Positions 27,925 through 42,123 of a DNA stretch of 64,000 nt are shown here, in pieces. The DNA comes from the human T2T-CHM13v2.0 reference genome, Homo sapiens. Positions within the stretch are counted from its first letter, which is position 1. The number at the start of each line of letters is the position of its first letter. The notes below the pieces were generated by a model that had not been told where the DNA came from, ran no database searches, and worked only from the letters and a program-made list of their open reading frames with translations. The position numbers were made by a program, and so were the translations under genes. The stretch lies in assembly GCF_009914755.1 (NCBI RefSeq), contig NC_060948.1; one strand, 5' to 3'.

Positions 27925-30900
27925 GGAGTCAAAAGGAATGGAATCGAATGGCAAGAAATCGAATGTAATGGAATCGCAAGGAATTGATGTGAACGGAACG
28001 GAATGGAATGGAATCCAAAGGAATGGAATAGAATGGAATGGAATCGAATGGAAACGACTCGAATGGAAATCACTCGAATAGAATGCAATTTAATAAAATA
28101 GGATCAAATGTAATAGAATAGAATGGAAAGGAATCGAAACGGAAGGAATGGAGACAGATGGAATGGAATGGAACAGAGAGCAATGGTATAGAATGGAATG
28201 GAATCATCTGTAATGGAATTGAATGGAATGGAATAATATGAAATGGAATGGAATGGAATGGAATGGAATGCCCTTGAATTAAATGGACTGGACTCGAACA
28301 GAGTGGAATGGAAAGGGTTGAGATAGAATGGAATGGACTCCTTTGGAATGGTGTAGTATGCAATGCAATCGACTGGCAGGGAATCAAAAGGAATGTAATC
28401 GAATGGATTGGACTGGAATGCAATGGACTCGAATAGATTGGAAACGGAATGCAAAGGAATGGAATGGAATAGTATGGAATGCAATGGAAGGGAATGGAGT
28501 GGAATAGACTAGAGCGGAATGGAATGGACTGGAAAGCAATGGACTGGAATGGAACATTCTTGGATGGATTGGAATCAAACGGAATGGAATGCAATGCAAT
28601 CAAATGGCATGGAATAAAATAGAATGAAAGAGAATCAAATGGAATTGAATCGAATGGAATCGAATGGATTGGAAAGGAATAGAATGGAATGGAATGGAAT
28701 TGACTCAAATGGAATGGACTACAATGGAATGGATTCGAATGGAAGGCAAAGGAATGGAATCTATTGGAATGGACTGTAATGGAATGGAATGGAAGGGATT
28801 GGAATGGACTCGAATGGAATGGACTGCAATAGAAAGGATTCGAATGGAATGAAAAAGAATAGAATGGAATAGAAGAGAATGGAATCAAATCGAATGAAAT
28901 GGAATGGAATAGAAAGGAATGGAATGAAATGGAATGGAAATGATTCGAATGGAATGCAATCGAATGGAATGGAATCGAACGGAATGGAATAAAATGGAAG
29001 AAAACTGGCAAGAAATGGAATCGAAATGAATGGAGTGTTATGGAACGGACTCAAAAGGAATTGAATGTAATAGAATGGAGTGGAGTGGACTCGAATATAA
29101 TGGACTGGAATGGAATGAAATCACATGGAATGCGAACGAATGGAATGGAATGGAAAGGAATGGAATTGAATGGAAAGGAATCGAATGGAAGGGAATGAAA
29201 TTGAATCAACAGGAATGGAAGGGAATAGAATAGACGGTAATGGAATGGACTCGAATAGAATGGACACGAATGCTCAAATTGAATGGACTCGAATGGAATG
29301 GAAACGAAAGGAATGTCATCGAATGGAATTGAATCGATTGGAATGAAATCGCATAGAATGGAGTGGAATCAAATGGAATTGAATCGAAAGGAAAGGAAGC
29401 GAATGGACTGAAATGAAATGGAATGGAATTGAATGGAAAGTAATGCAATGGAATAGAATGGAACGAAATTTCACGGAATGGAATCAAACTGAATGGAATC
29501 AAATCAATGGAATCAAGTCAAATGGAATGGAAAGGAATTGAATGGAGTAGATGGGATTGGATGGGATTGGAATGAAATGTACTGGAAAGGACTCGAATTT
29601 CATGAAACGGAATGGAATGAATTGGAACGGAATGGACTCGAATGGAATGGAATGTCATGGAATGGCATCAAATGGAATGGAATCGAATGCAATGGAATGC
29701 TATGGAATGGAATGGAATGCATTGGAATGGAATGTCCTCTAATGGAATGGATTCGAGTGGAATGGAATCGAATATAATGGAGTCGAATGAAATGGAATTG
29801 AAAGGAATGGGATCGAATACAATGGAATATACTGGAATGTAACGTAATGAACTCGAATGTAATTGACTGGAATGGAATGTACATGAATGGAATGTAATCG
29901 AATGGAAAGTAATCCAATGGAATAGAATCTAATGCAATAAAATCGACTCAGATAGAGTAGAATGTAATGGAATGGAGTGCAGTGCAATGGAATGGAATGG
30001 AATGGAATGCAATGGAATGGAATGGAATGGAATGGAATGGAATGGAATGGAATGGAATGGTATGGAATGGATAGTAATGGACTGGAGTGAAATGGACTGG
30101 AAAGGAATGGACTCAAATTGAAAGGTCTCGAAAGGAATGGAGTCAAATGGAATGGTCTGGAATGGAATGAACACGAATGTAATGCAACCCAATAGAATGG
30201 AATCGAATGGCATGGAATATAAAGAAATGGAATCGAAGAGAATGGAAACAAATGGAATGGAATTGAATGGAATGGAATTGAATGGAATGGGAACGTATGG
30301 AGTGAAATTGTATGCAGTAGAAGAGAATAGAATGGAATGCAAGCGAAAGGAAAGGAATGGATTGGAATGGAATGGAATTCATTGGAATGGAAGGGAATGT
30401 AGTGTAATGGACAGGCCTGGAATAAAGTGGAATGCTACGGTCTCGAATGGAATAAAAATGTATGGAATGGAATGCAATGAAACGGAATCGAATGTCATAG
30501 AATGTAATGGAATGCAAAAAAATGGAATCCAAAATCATTGACTGGAAAGGCTGGGTGTCGAAAGGAATTGACTCCAATGGAATGGAATCGAATGGAATGG
30601 AAGTGAATAGAATCGAACTAAATCGAATGGAATGGAATTGATAGGAACGGAATGGAAAGGAATGCAATGATTTGGCATGGAATGGAATCGAATGGCATCG
30701 AATGGAATGGAATGGAATGCAATGGAATGGAATGTATTAGAATGTAATGAACTTTAATGGAATGTACTCGAATGGATTCGACTGGAATGGAATGTTCTGG
30801 AAGTGAATGGACTCCAATGGAATGGATTCAAAAGGAATGGAATCGTACGGAATGGAATCTAATGGAATGGAATTAAATGGAAATGAATCAAATTGAATAG

Positions 30901-31458
30901 CACGGAATTGAATTGAATGGAATCGAATGCAATGGAATCTAATGAAACGGAAAGGAAAGGAATGCAATGGAATGGAATGGGATGGAATGGAAAGGAATCG
31001 AAACGAATGGAATGGAATCGAACTGAAGAGACTGGAATGGAATGCACTGGAATGGAAGGGAGTGTAATGGAAGGTTCTCGAAAAAAATGGAATCGAATGG
31101 AATGGAATTGAATGGAACGGAATAGAGTCGAATGGAATTGAATGGAATGGAATGGACTAGAGTGAAATGGAATCGAACCACAAGGAATGGACAGGAATAG
31201 AATGCTCTCGAATTGAATGGAATCGTATGGAATGGCATCAAACGGAATGGAATGGACAGCCACGGAATGGAATCCACTCGAATGCAATGGAGTGGAAACT
31301 AATGGACTGGAATAGAATGGACTCGACTGGTACGGACTCCAATGGAATGGAATCGAATGGAAGGGAATCGAACGGAATGGACTCGAAGGGAAAAGACTGC
31401 AATGGAAAGGTCTCGAATGGAATGGAAATTAATGGAATGGAATGGAATCGAATGAAAT
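27925..31458 (+). repeat. DYZ1 unit U9 (3534 bp)
   Basis: Landmark spacing. Confidence 0.92.
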
Positions 31459-34400
31459 GGAGTCAAAAGGAATGGAATCGAATGGCAAGAAATCGAATGT
31501 AATGGAATCGCCAGGAATTGATGTGAACGGAACGGAATGGAATGGAATCCAAAGGAATGGAATAGAATGGAATGGAATCGAATGGAGAGGACTCGAATGG
31601 AAATCACTCGAATAGAATGCAATTTAATAAAATAGGATCAAATGTAATGGAATGGAATGGAAAGGAATCGAAACGAAAGGAATGGAGACAGATGGAATGG
31701 AATGGAACAGAGAGCAATGGTATAGAATGGAATGGAATCATCTGGAATGGAATTGAATGGAATGGAATAATATGAAATGGAATGGAATGGAATGGAATGG
31801 AATGCCCTTGAATTAAATGGACTGGAATGGAATGGACTCAAACAGAGTGGAATGGAAAGTGTGGAGATAGAATGGAATGAACTCCTTTGGAATGGTGTAG
31901 TATGCAATGCAATCGACTGGCAGGGAATCAAAAGGAATGTAATCGAATGGATTGGACTGGAATGCAATGGACTCGAATAGATTGGAAACGGAATGCAAAG
32001 GAATGGAATGGAATAGTATGGAATGCAATGGAAGGGAATGGAGTGGAATAGACTAGAGTGGAATGGAATGGACTGGAAAGCAATGGACTGGAATGGAACT
32101 TTCTTGGATGGAGTGGAATCAAACGGAATGGAATGCAATGCAATCAAATGGCATGGAATAAAATAGAATGAAAGAGAATCAAATGGAATTGAATCGAATG
32201 GAATCGAATGGATTGGAAAGGAACAGAATGGAATGGAATGGAATTGACTCAAATGGAATGGACTAGAATGGAATGGATTCGAATGGAAGGCAAAGGAATG
32301 GAATCTATTGGAATGGACTGTAATGGAATGGAATGGAAGGGATTGGAATGGACTCGAATGGAATGGACTGCAATAGAAAGGATTCGAATGGAATGAAAAA
32401 GAATTGAATGGAATAGAACAGAATGGAATCAAATCGAATGAAATGGAATGGAATAGAAAGGAATGGAATGAAATGGAATGGAAAGGATTCGAATGGAATG
32501 CAATCGAATGGAATGGAATCGAACGGAATGGAATAAAATGGAAGAAAACTGGCAAGAAATGGAATCGAAATGAATGGAGTGTTATGGAACGGACTCAAAA
32601 GGAATTGAATGTAATAGAATGGAGTGGAGTGGACTCGAATATAATGGACTGGAATGGAATGAAATCACATGGAATGGGAACGAATGGAATGGAATGGAAA
32701 GGAATGGAATCGAATGGAATGGAATCGAATGGAAGGGAATGAAATTGAATCAACACGAATGGAAGGGAATAGAATAGACTGTAATGGAATGGACTCGAAT
32801 AGAATGGACACGAATGCTCAAATTAAATGGACTCGAATGGAATGGAAACGAAAGGAATGTCATCGAATGGAATTGAATCGATTGGAATGAAATCGCATAG
32901 AATGGAGTGGAATCAAAAGGAATTGAATCGAAAGGAAAGGAAGCGAATGGACTGAAATGAAATGGAATGGAATTGAATGGAAAGTAATGCAATGGAATAG
33001 AATGGAACGAAATTTCACGGAATGGAATCAAACTGAATGGAATCAAATCAATGGAATCAAATCAAATGGAATGGAAAGGAATTGAAAGGAGTAGATGGGA
33101 TTGGATGGGATTGGAATGAAATGTACTGGAAAGGACTCGAATTTCATGAAACGGAATGGAATGAATTGGAACGGAATGGACTCGAATGGAATGGAATGTC
33201 ATGGGATGGCATCAAATGGAATGAAATCAAATGGAATGGAATCGAATGCAATGGAATGCTATGGAATGGAATGGAATGAATTGGAATGGAATGTCCTCTA
33301 ATGGAATGGATTCGAGTGGAATGGAATTGAATATAATGGAGTCGAATGAAATGGAATTGAAAGGAATGGGATCGAATACAATGGAATATACTGGAATGTA
33401 ACGTAATGAACTCGAATGTAATTGACTGGAATGGAATGTACATGAATGGAATGTAATCGAATGGAAAGTAATCCAATGGAATAGAATCTAATGCAATAAA
33501 ATCGACTCAGATAGAGTAGAATGTAATGGAATGGAGTGCAGTGCAATGGAATGGAATGGAATGGAATGCAATGGAATGGAATGGAATGGAATGGAATGGA
33601 ATGGAATGGAATGGGATGGAATGGTATGGAATGGATAGTAATGGACTGGAGTGAAATGGACTGGAAAGGAATGGACTCAAATTGAAAGGGCTCGAAAGGA
33701 ATGGAGTCAAATGGAATGGTCTGGAATGGAATGAACAAGAATGTAATGCAATCCATTAGAATGGAATCGAATGGCATGGAATATAAAGAAATGGAATCGA
33801 AGAGAATGGAAACAAATGGAATGGAATTGAATGGAATGGAATTGAATGGAATGGGAACGAATGGAGTGAAATTGTATGCAGTAGAAGCGAATAGAATGGA
33901 ATGCAACCGAAAGGAAAGGAATGGATTGGAATGGAATGGAATTCATTGGAATGGAAGGGAATGTAGTGTAATGGACAGGCCTGGAATAAAGTGGAATGCT
34001 ACGGTCTCGAATGGAATAAAAATGTATGGAATGGAATGCAATGAAACGGAATCGAATGTCATAGAATGTAATGGAATGCAAAAAAATGGAATCCAAAATC
34101 ATTGACTGGAAAGGCTGGGTGTCGAAAGGAATTGACTGCAATGGAATGGAATCGAATGGAATGGAAATGAATAGAATCGAACTAAATCGAATGGAATGGA
34201 ATTGATAGGAACGGAATGGAAAGGAATGCAATGATTTGGCATGGAATGGAATCGAATGGCATCGAATGGAATGGAATGGAATGCAATGGAATGGAATGTA
34301 TTAGAATGTAATGAACATTAGTGGAATGTACTCGAATGGATTCGACTGGAATGGAATGTTCTGGAAGTCAATGGACTCCAATGGAATGGATTCAAAAGGA

Positions 34401-35021
34401 ATGGAATCGAACGGAATGGAATCTAATGGAATGGAATTAAATGGAAATGAATCAAATTGAATAGCACGGAATTGAATTGAATGGAATCGAATGCAATGGA
34501 ATCTAATGAAACGGAAAGGAAAGAATGGAATGGAATAGAATGGGCTGGAATGGAAAGGAATCGAAACGAATGGAATGGAATCGAACTGAGGAGACTGGAA
34601 TGGAATGCACTGGAATGGAAGGGAGTGTAATGGAAGGTTCTCGAAAAAAATGGAATCGAATGGAATGGAATTGAATGGAACGGAATAGAGTCGAATGGAA
34701 TTGAATGGAATGGAATGGACTAGAGTGAAATGGAATCGAACCACAAGGAATGGACAGGAATAGAATGGTCTCGAATTGAATGGAATCGTATGGAATGGCA
34801 TCAAACGGAATGGAATGGACAGCCACGGAGTGGAATGCACTCGAATGCAATGGAGTCGAAACTAATGGACTGGAATAGAATGGACTCGACTGGTACGGAC
34901 TCCAATGGAATGGAATCGAAAGGAAGGGAATCGAACGGAATGGACTCGAAGGGAAAAGACTGCAATGGAAAGGTCTCGAATGGAATGGAAATTAATGGAA
35001 TGGAATGGAATCGAATGAAAT
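31459..35021 (+). repeat. DYZ1 unit U10 (3563 bp; type-B 5' segment)
   Basis: Landmark spacing. Confidence 0.92.
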
Positions 35022-38000
35022 GGAGTCAAAAGGAATGGAATCGAATGGCAAGAAATCGAATGTAATGGAATCGCAAGGAATTGATGTGAACGGAACGGAA
35101 TGGAATGGTATCCAAAGGAATGGAATAGAATGGAATGGAATCGAATGGAAAGGACTCGAATGGAAATCACTCGAATAGAATGCAATTTAATAAAATAGGA
35201 TCAAATGTAATAGAATGGAATGGAAAGGAATCGAATCGGAAGGAATGGAGACAGATGGAATGGAATGGAACAGAGAGCAATGGTATAGAATGGAATGGAA
35301 TCATCTGTAATGGAATTGAATGGAATGGAATAATATGAAATGGAATGGAATGGAATGGAATGGAATGCCCTTGAATTAAATGGACTGGACTCGAAGAGAG
35401 TGGAATGGAAAGTGTTGAGATAGAATGGAATGGACTCCTTTGGAATGGTGTAGTATGCAATGCAATCGACTGGCAGGGAATCAAAAGGAATGTAATCGAA
35501 TGGATTGGACTGGAATGCAATGGACTCGAATAGATTGGAAACGGAATGCAAAGGAATGGAATGGAATAGTATGGAATGCAATGGAAGGGAATGGAGTGGA
35601 ATAGACTAGAGTGGAATGGAATGGACTGGAAAGCAATGGACTGGAATGGAACTTTCTTGGATGGATTGGAATCACACGGAATGGAATGCAATGCAATCAA
35701 ATGGCATGGAATAAAATAGAATGAAAGAGAATCAAATGGAATTGAATCGAATGGAATCGAATGGATTGGAAAGGAATAGAATCGAATGGAATGGAATTGA
35801 CTCAAATGGAATGGACTAGAATGGAATGGATTCGAATGGAAGGCAAAGGAATGGAATCTATTGGAATGGACTGTAATGGAATGGAATGGAAGGGATTGGA
35901 ATGGACTCGAATGGAATGGACTGCAATAGAAAGGATTGGAATGGAATGAAAAAGAATTGAATGGAATAGAACAGAATGGAATCAAATCGAATGAAATGGA
36001 ATGGAATAGAAAGGAATGGAATGAAATGGAATGGAAAGGATTCGAATGGAATGCAATCGAATGGAATGGAATCGAACGGAATGGAATAAAATGGAAGAAA
36101 ACTGGCAAGAAATGGAATCGAAATGAATGGAGTGTTATGGAACGGACTCAAAAGGAATTGAATGTAATAGAATGGAGTGGAGTGGACTCGAATATAATGG
36201 ACTGGAATGGAATGAAATCACATGGAATGGGAACGAATGGAATGGAATGGAAAGGAATGGAATCGAATGGAAAGGAATCGAATGGAAGGGAATGAAATTG
36301 AATCAACAGGAATGGAAGGGAATAGAATAGACGGTAATGGAATGGACTCGAATAGAATGGACACGAATGCTCAAATTGAATGGACTCGAATGGAATGGAA
36401 ACGAAAGGAATGTCATCGAATGGAATTGAATCGATTGGAATGAAATCGCATAGAATGGAGTGGAATCAAATGGAATTGAATCGAAAGGAAAGGAAGCGAA
36501 TGGACTGAAATGAAATGGAATGGAATTGAATGGAAAGTAATGCAATGGAATAGAATGGAACGAAATTTCACGGAATGGAATCAAACTGAATGGAATCAAA
36601 TCAATGGAATCAAATCAAATGGAATGGAAAGGAATTGAATGGAGTAGATTGGATTGGATGGGATTGGAATGAAATGTACTGGAAAGGACTCGAATTTCAT
36701 GAAACGGAATGGAATGAATTGGAACGGAATGGACTCGAATGGAATGGAATGTCATGGAATGGCATCAAATGGAATGGAATCGAATGCAATGGAATGCTAT
36801 GGAATGGAATGGAATGCATTGGAATGGAATGTCCTCTAATGGAATGGATTCGAGTGGAATGGAATCGAATATAATGGAGTCGAATGAAATGGAATTGAAA
36901 GGAATGGGATCGAATACAATGGAATATACTGGAATGTAACGTAATGTACTCGAATGTAATTGACTGGAATGGAATGTACATGAATGGAATGTAATCGAAT
37001 GGAAAGTAATCCAATGGAATAGAATCTAATGCAATAAAATCGACTCAGATAGAGTAGAATGTAATGGAATGGAGTGCAGTGCAATGGAATGGAATGGAAT
37101 GGAATGCAATGGAATGGAATGGAATGGAATGGAATGGAATGGAATGGAATGGTATGGAATGGATAGTAACGGACTGGAGTGAAATGGACTGGAAAGGAAT
37201 GGACTCAAATTGAAAGGTCTCGAAAGGAATGGAGTCAAATGGAATGGTCTGGAATGGAATGAACACGAATGTAATGCAACCCAATAGAATGGAATCGAAT
37301 GGCATGGAATATAAAGAAATGGAATCGAAGAGAATGGAAACAAATGGAATGGAATTGAATGGAATGGAAATGAATGGAATGGGAACGAATGGAGTGAAAT
37401 TGTATGCAGTAGAATAGAATAGAATGGAATTCAAGCGAAAGGAAAGGAATGGATTGGAATGGAATGGAATTCATTGGAATGTAAGGGAATGTAGTGTAAT
37501 GGACAGGCCTGGAATAAAGTGGAATGCTACGGTCTCGAATGGAATAAAAATGTATGGAATGGAATGCAATGAAACGGAATCGAATGTCATAGAATGTAAT
37601 GGAATGCAAAAAAATGGAATCCAAAATCATTGACTGGAAAGGCTGGGTGTCGAAAGGAATTGACTCCAATGGAATGGAATCGAATGGAATGGAAGTGAAT
37701 ATAATCGAACTAAATCGAATGGAATGGAATTGATAGGAACGGAATGGAAAGGAATGCAATGATTTGGCATGGAATGGAATCGAATGGCATCGAATGGAAT
37801 GGAATGGAATGCAATGGAATGGAATGTATTAGAATGTAATGAACTTTAATGGAATGTACTCGAATGGATTCGACTGGAATGGAATGTTCTGGAAGTGAAT
37901 GGACTCCAATGGAATGGATTCCAAAGGAATGGAATCGTACGGAATGGAATCTAATGGATGGAATTAAATGGAAATGAATCAAATTGAATAGCACGGAATT

Positions 38001-38564
38001 GAATTGAATGGAATGGAATGCAATGGAATCTAATGAAACGGAAAGGAAAGGAATGGAATGGAATGGAATGGGCTGGAATGGAAAGGAATCGAAACGAATG
38101 GAATGGAATCGAACTGAAGAGACTGGAATGGAATGCACTGGAATGGAAGGGAGTGTAATGGAAGGTTCTCGAAAAAAATGGAATCGAATGGAATGGAATT
38201 GAATGGAACGGAATAGAGTCGAATGGAATTGAATGGAATGGAATGGACTAGAGTGAAATGGAATCGAACCACAAGGAATGGACAGGAATAGAATGGTCTC
38301 GAATTGAATGGAATCGTATGGAATGGCATCAAACGGAATGGAATGGACAGCCACGGAATGGAATCCACTCGAATGCAATGGAGTCGAAACTAATGGACTG
38401 GAATAGAATGGACTCGACTGGTACGGACTCCAATGGAATGGAATCGAATGGAAGGGAATCGAACGGAAGGGAATCGAACGGAATGGACTCGAAGGGAAAA
38501 GACTGCAATGGAAATGTCTCGAATGGAATGGAAATTAATGGAATGGAATGGAATCGAATGAAAT
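35022..38564 (+). repeat. DYZ1 unit U11 (3543 bp; extra EcoRI site)
   Basis: Landmark spacing; GAATTC at 37427 and 37467. Confidence 0.92.
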
Positions 38565-41500
38565 GGAGTCAAAAGGAATGGAATCGAATGGCAAGAAATC
38601 GAATGTAATGGAATCGCCAGGAATTGATGTGAACGGAACGGAATGGAATGGAATCCAAAGGAATGGAATAGAATGGAATGGAATCGAATGGAAAGGACTC
38701 GAATGGAAATCACTCGAATAGAATGCAATTTAATAAAATAGGATCAAATGTAATGGAATGGAATGGAAAGGAATCGAAACGAAAGGAATGGAGACAGATG
38801 GAATGGAATGGAACAGAGAGCAATGGTATAGAATGGAATGGAATCATCTGGAATGGAATTGAATGGAATGGAATAATATGAAATGGAATGGAATGGAATG
38901 GAATGGAATGCCCTTGAATTAAATGGACTGGAATGGAATGGACTCAAACAGAGTGGAATGGAAAGTGTGGAGATAGAATGGAATGAACTCCTTTGGAATG
39001 GTGTAGTATGCAATGCAATCGACTGGCAGGGAATCAAAAGGAATGTAATCGAATGGATTGGACTGCAATGCAATGGACTCGAATAGATTGGAAACGGAAT
39101 GCAAAGGAATGGAATGGAATAGTACGGAATGCAATGGAAGGGAATGGAGTGGAATAGACTAGAGTGGAATGGAATGGACTGGAAAGCAATGGACTGGAAT
39201 GGAACTTTCTTGAATGGACTGGAATCAAACGGAATGGAATGCAATGCAATCAAATGGCATGGAATAAAATAGAATGAAAGAGAATCAAATGGAATTGAAT
39301 CGAATGGAATCGAATGGATTGGAAAGGAATAGAATGGAATGGAATGGAATGGACTAGAATGGAATGGATTCGAATGGAAGGCAAAGGAATGGAATCTATT
39401 GGAATGGACTGTAATGGAATGGAATGGAAGGGATTGGAATGGACTCGAATGGAATGGACTGCAATAGAAAGGATTCGAATGGAATGAAAAAGAATTGAAT
39501 GGAATAGAACAGAATGGAATCAAATCGAATGAAATGGAATGGAATAGAAAGGAATGGAATGAAATGGAATGGAAAGGATTCGAATGGAATGCAATCGAAT
39601 GGAATGGAATCGAACGGAATGGAATAAAATGGAAGAAAACTGGCAAGAAATGGAATCGAAATGAATGGAGTGTTATGGAACGGACTCAAAAGGAATTGAA
39701 TGTAATAGAATGGAGTGGAGTGGACTCGAATATAATGGACTGGAATGGAATGAAATCACATGGAATGGGAACGAATGGAATGGAATGGAAAGGAATGGAA
39801 TCGAATGGAAAGGAATCGAATGGAAGGGAATGAAATTGAATCAACACGAATGGAAGGGAATAGAATAGACTGTAATGGAATGGACTCGAATAGAATGGAC
39901 ACGAATGCTCAAATTAAATGGACTCGAATGGAATGGAAACGAAAGGAATGTCATCGAATGGAATTGAATCGATTGGAATGAAATCGCATAGAATGGAGTG
40001 GAATCAAAAGGAATTGAATCGAAAGGAAAGGAAGCGAATGGACTGAAATGAAATGGAATGGAATTGAATGGAAAGTAATGCAATGGAATAGAATGGAACG
40101 AAATTTCACGGAATGGAATCAAACTGAATGGAATCAAATCAATGGAATCAAATCAAATGGAATGGAAAGGAATTGAATGGAGTAGATGGGATTGGATGGG
40201 ATTGGAATGAAATGTACTGGAAAGGACTCGAATTTCATGAAACGGAATGGAATGAATTGGAACGGAATGGACTCGAATGGAATGGAATGTCATGGGATGG
40301 CATCAAATGGAATGGCATCAAATGGAATGGAATCGAATGCAATGGAATGCTATGGAATGGAATGGAATGCATTGGAATGGAATGTCCTCTAATGGAATGG
40401 ATTCGAGTGGAATGGAATTGAATATAATGGAGTCGAATGAAATGGAATTGAAATGAATGGGATCGAATACAATGGAACATACTGGAATGTAATGTAATGA
40501 ACTCGAATGTAATTGACTGGAATGGAATGTACATGAATGGAATGTAATCGAATGGAAAGTAATCCAATGGAATAGAATCTAATGCAATAAAATCGACTCA
40601 GATAGAGTAGAATGTAATGGAATGGAGTGCAGTGCAATGGAATGGAATGGAATGGAATGCAATGGAATGGAATGGAATGGAATGGAATGGAATGGAATGG
40701 GATGGAATGGTATGGAATGGATAGTAATGGACTGGAGTGAAATGGACTGGAAAGGAATGGACTCAAATTGAAAGGGCTCGAAAGGAATGGAGTCAAATGG
40801 AATGGTCTGGAATGGAATGAACACGAATGTAATGCAACCCAATAGAATGGAATCGAATGGCATGGAATATAAAGAAATGGAATCGAAGAGAATGGAAACA
40901 AATGGAATGGAATTGAATGGAATGGAATTGAATGGAATGGGAACGAATGGAGTGAAATTGTATGCAGTAGAAGGGAATAGAATGGAATGCAAGCGAAAGG
41001 AAAGGAATGGATTGGAATGGAATGGAATTCATTGGAATGGAAGGGAATGTAGTGTAATGGACAGGCCTGGAATAAAGTGGAATGCTACGGTCTCGAATGG
41101 AATAAAAATGTATGGAATGGAATGCAATGAAACGGAATCGAATGTCATAGAATGTAATGGAATGCAAAAAAATGGAATCCAAAATCATTGACTGGAAAGG
41201 CTGGGTGTCGAAAGGAATTGACTCCAATGGAATGGAATCGAATGGAATGGAAGTGAATAGAATCGAACTAAATCGAATGGAATGGAATTGATAGGAACGG
41301 AATGGAAAGGAATGCAATGATTTGGCATGGAATGGAATCGAATGGCATCGAATGGAATGGAATGGAATGCAATGGAATGGAATGTATTAGAATGTAATGA
41401 ACTTTAATGGAATGTACTCGAATGGATTCGACTGGAATGGAATGTTCTGGAAGTGAATGGACTCCAATGGAATGGATTCAAAAGGAATGGAATCGTACGG

Positions 41501-42123
41501 AATGGAATCTAATGGAATGGAATTAAATGGAAATGAATCAAATTGAATAGCACGGAATTGAATTGAATGGAATGGAATGCAATGGAATCTAATGAAACGG
41601 AAAGGAAAGGAATGGAATGGAATGGAATGGGCTGGAATGGAAAGGAATCGAAACGAATGGAATGGAATCGAACTGAAGAGACTGGAATGGAATGCACTGG
41701 AATGGAAGGGAGTGTAATGGAAGGTTCTCGAAAAAAATGGAATCGAATGGAATGGAATTGAATGGAACGGAATAGAGTCGAATGGAATTGAATGGAATGG
41801 AATGGACTAGAGTGAAATGGAATCGAACCACAAGGAATGGACAGGAATAGAATGGTCTCGAATTGAATGGAATCGTATGGAATGGCATCAAACGGAATGG
41901 AATGGACAGCCACGGAATGGAATGCACTCGAATGCAATGGAGTGGAAACTAATGGACTGGAATAGAATGGACTCGACTGGTACGGACTCCAATGGAATGG
42001 AATCGAATGGAAGGGAATCGAACGGAAGGGAATCGAACGGAATGGACTCGAAGGGAAAAGACTGCAATGGAAAGGTCTCGAATGGAATGGAAATTAATGG
42101 AATGGAATGGAATCGAATGAAAT
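38565..42123 (+). repeat. DYZ1 unit U12 (3559 bp; type-B 5' segment)
   Basis: Landmark spacing. Confidence 0.92.
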
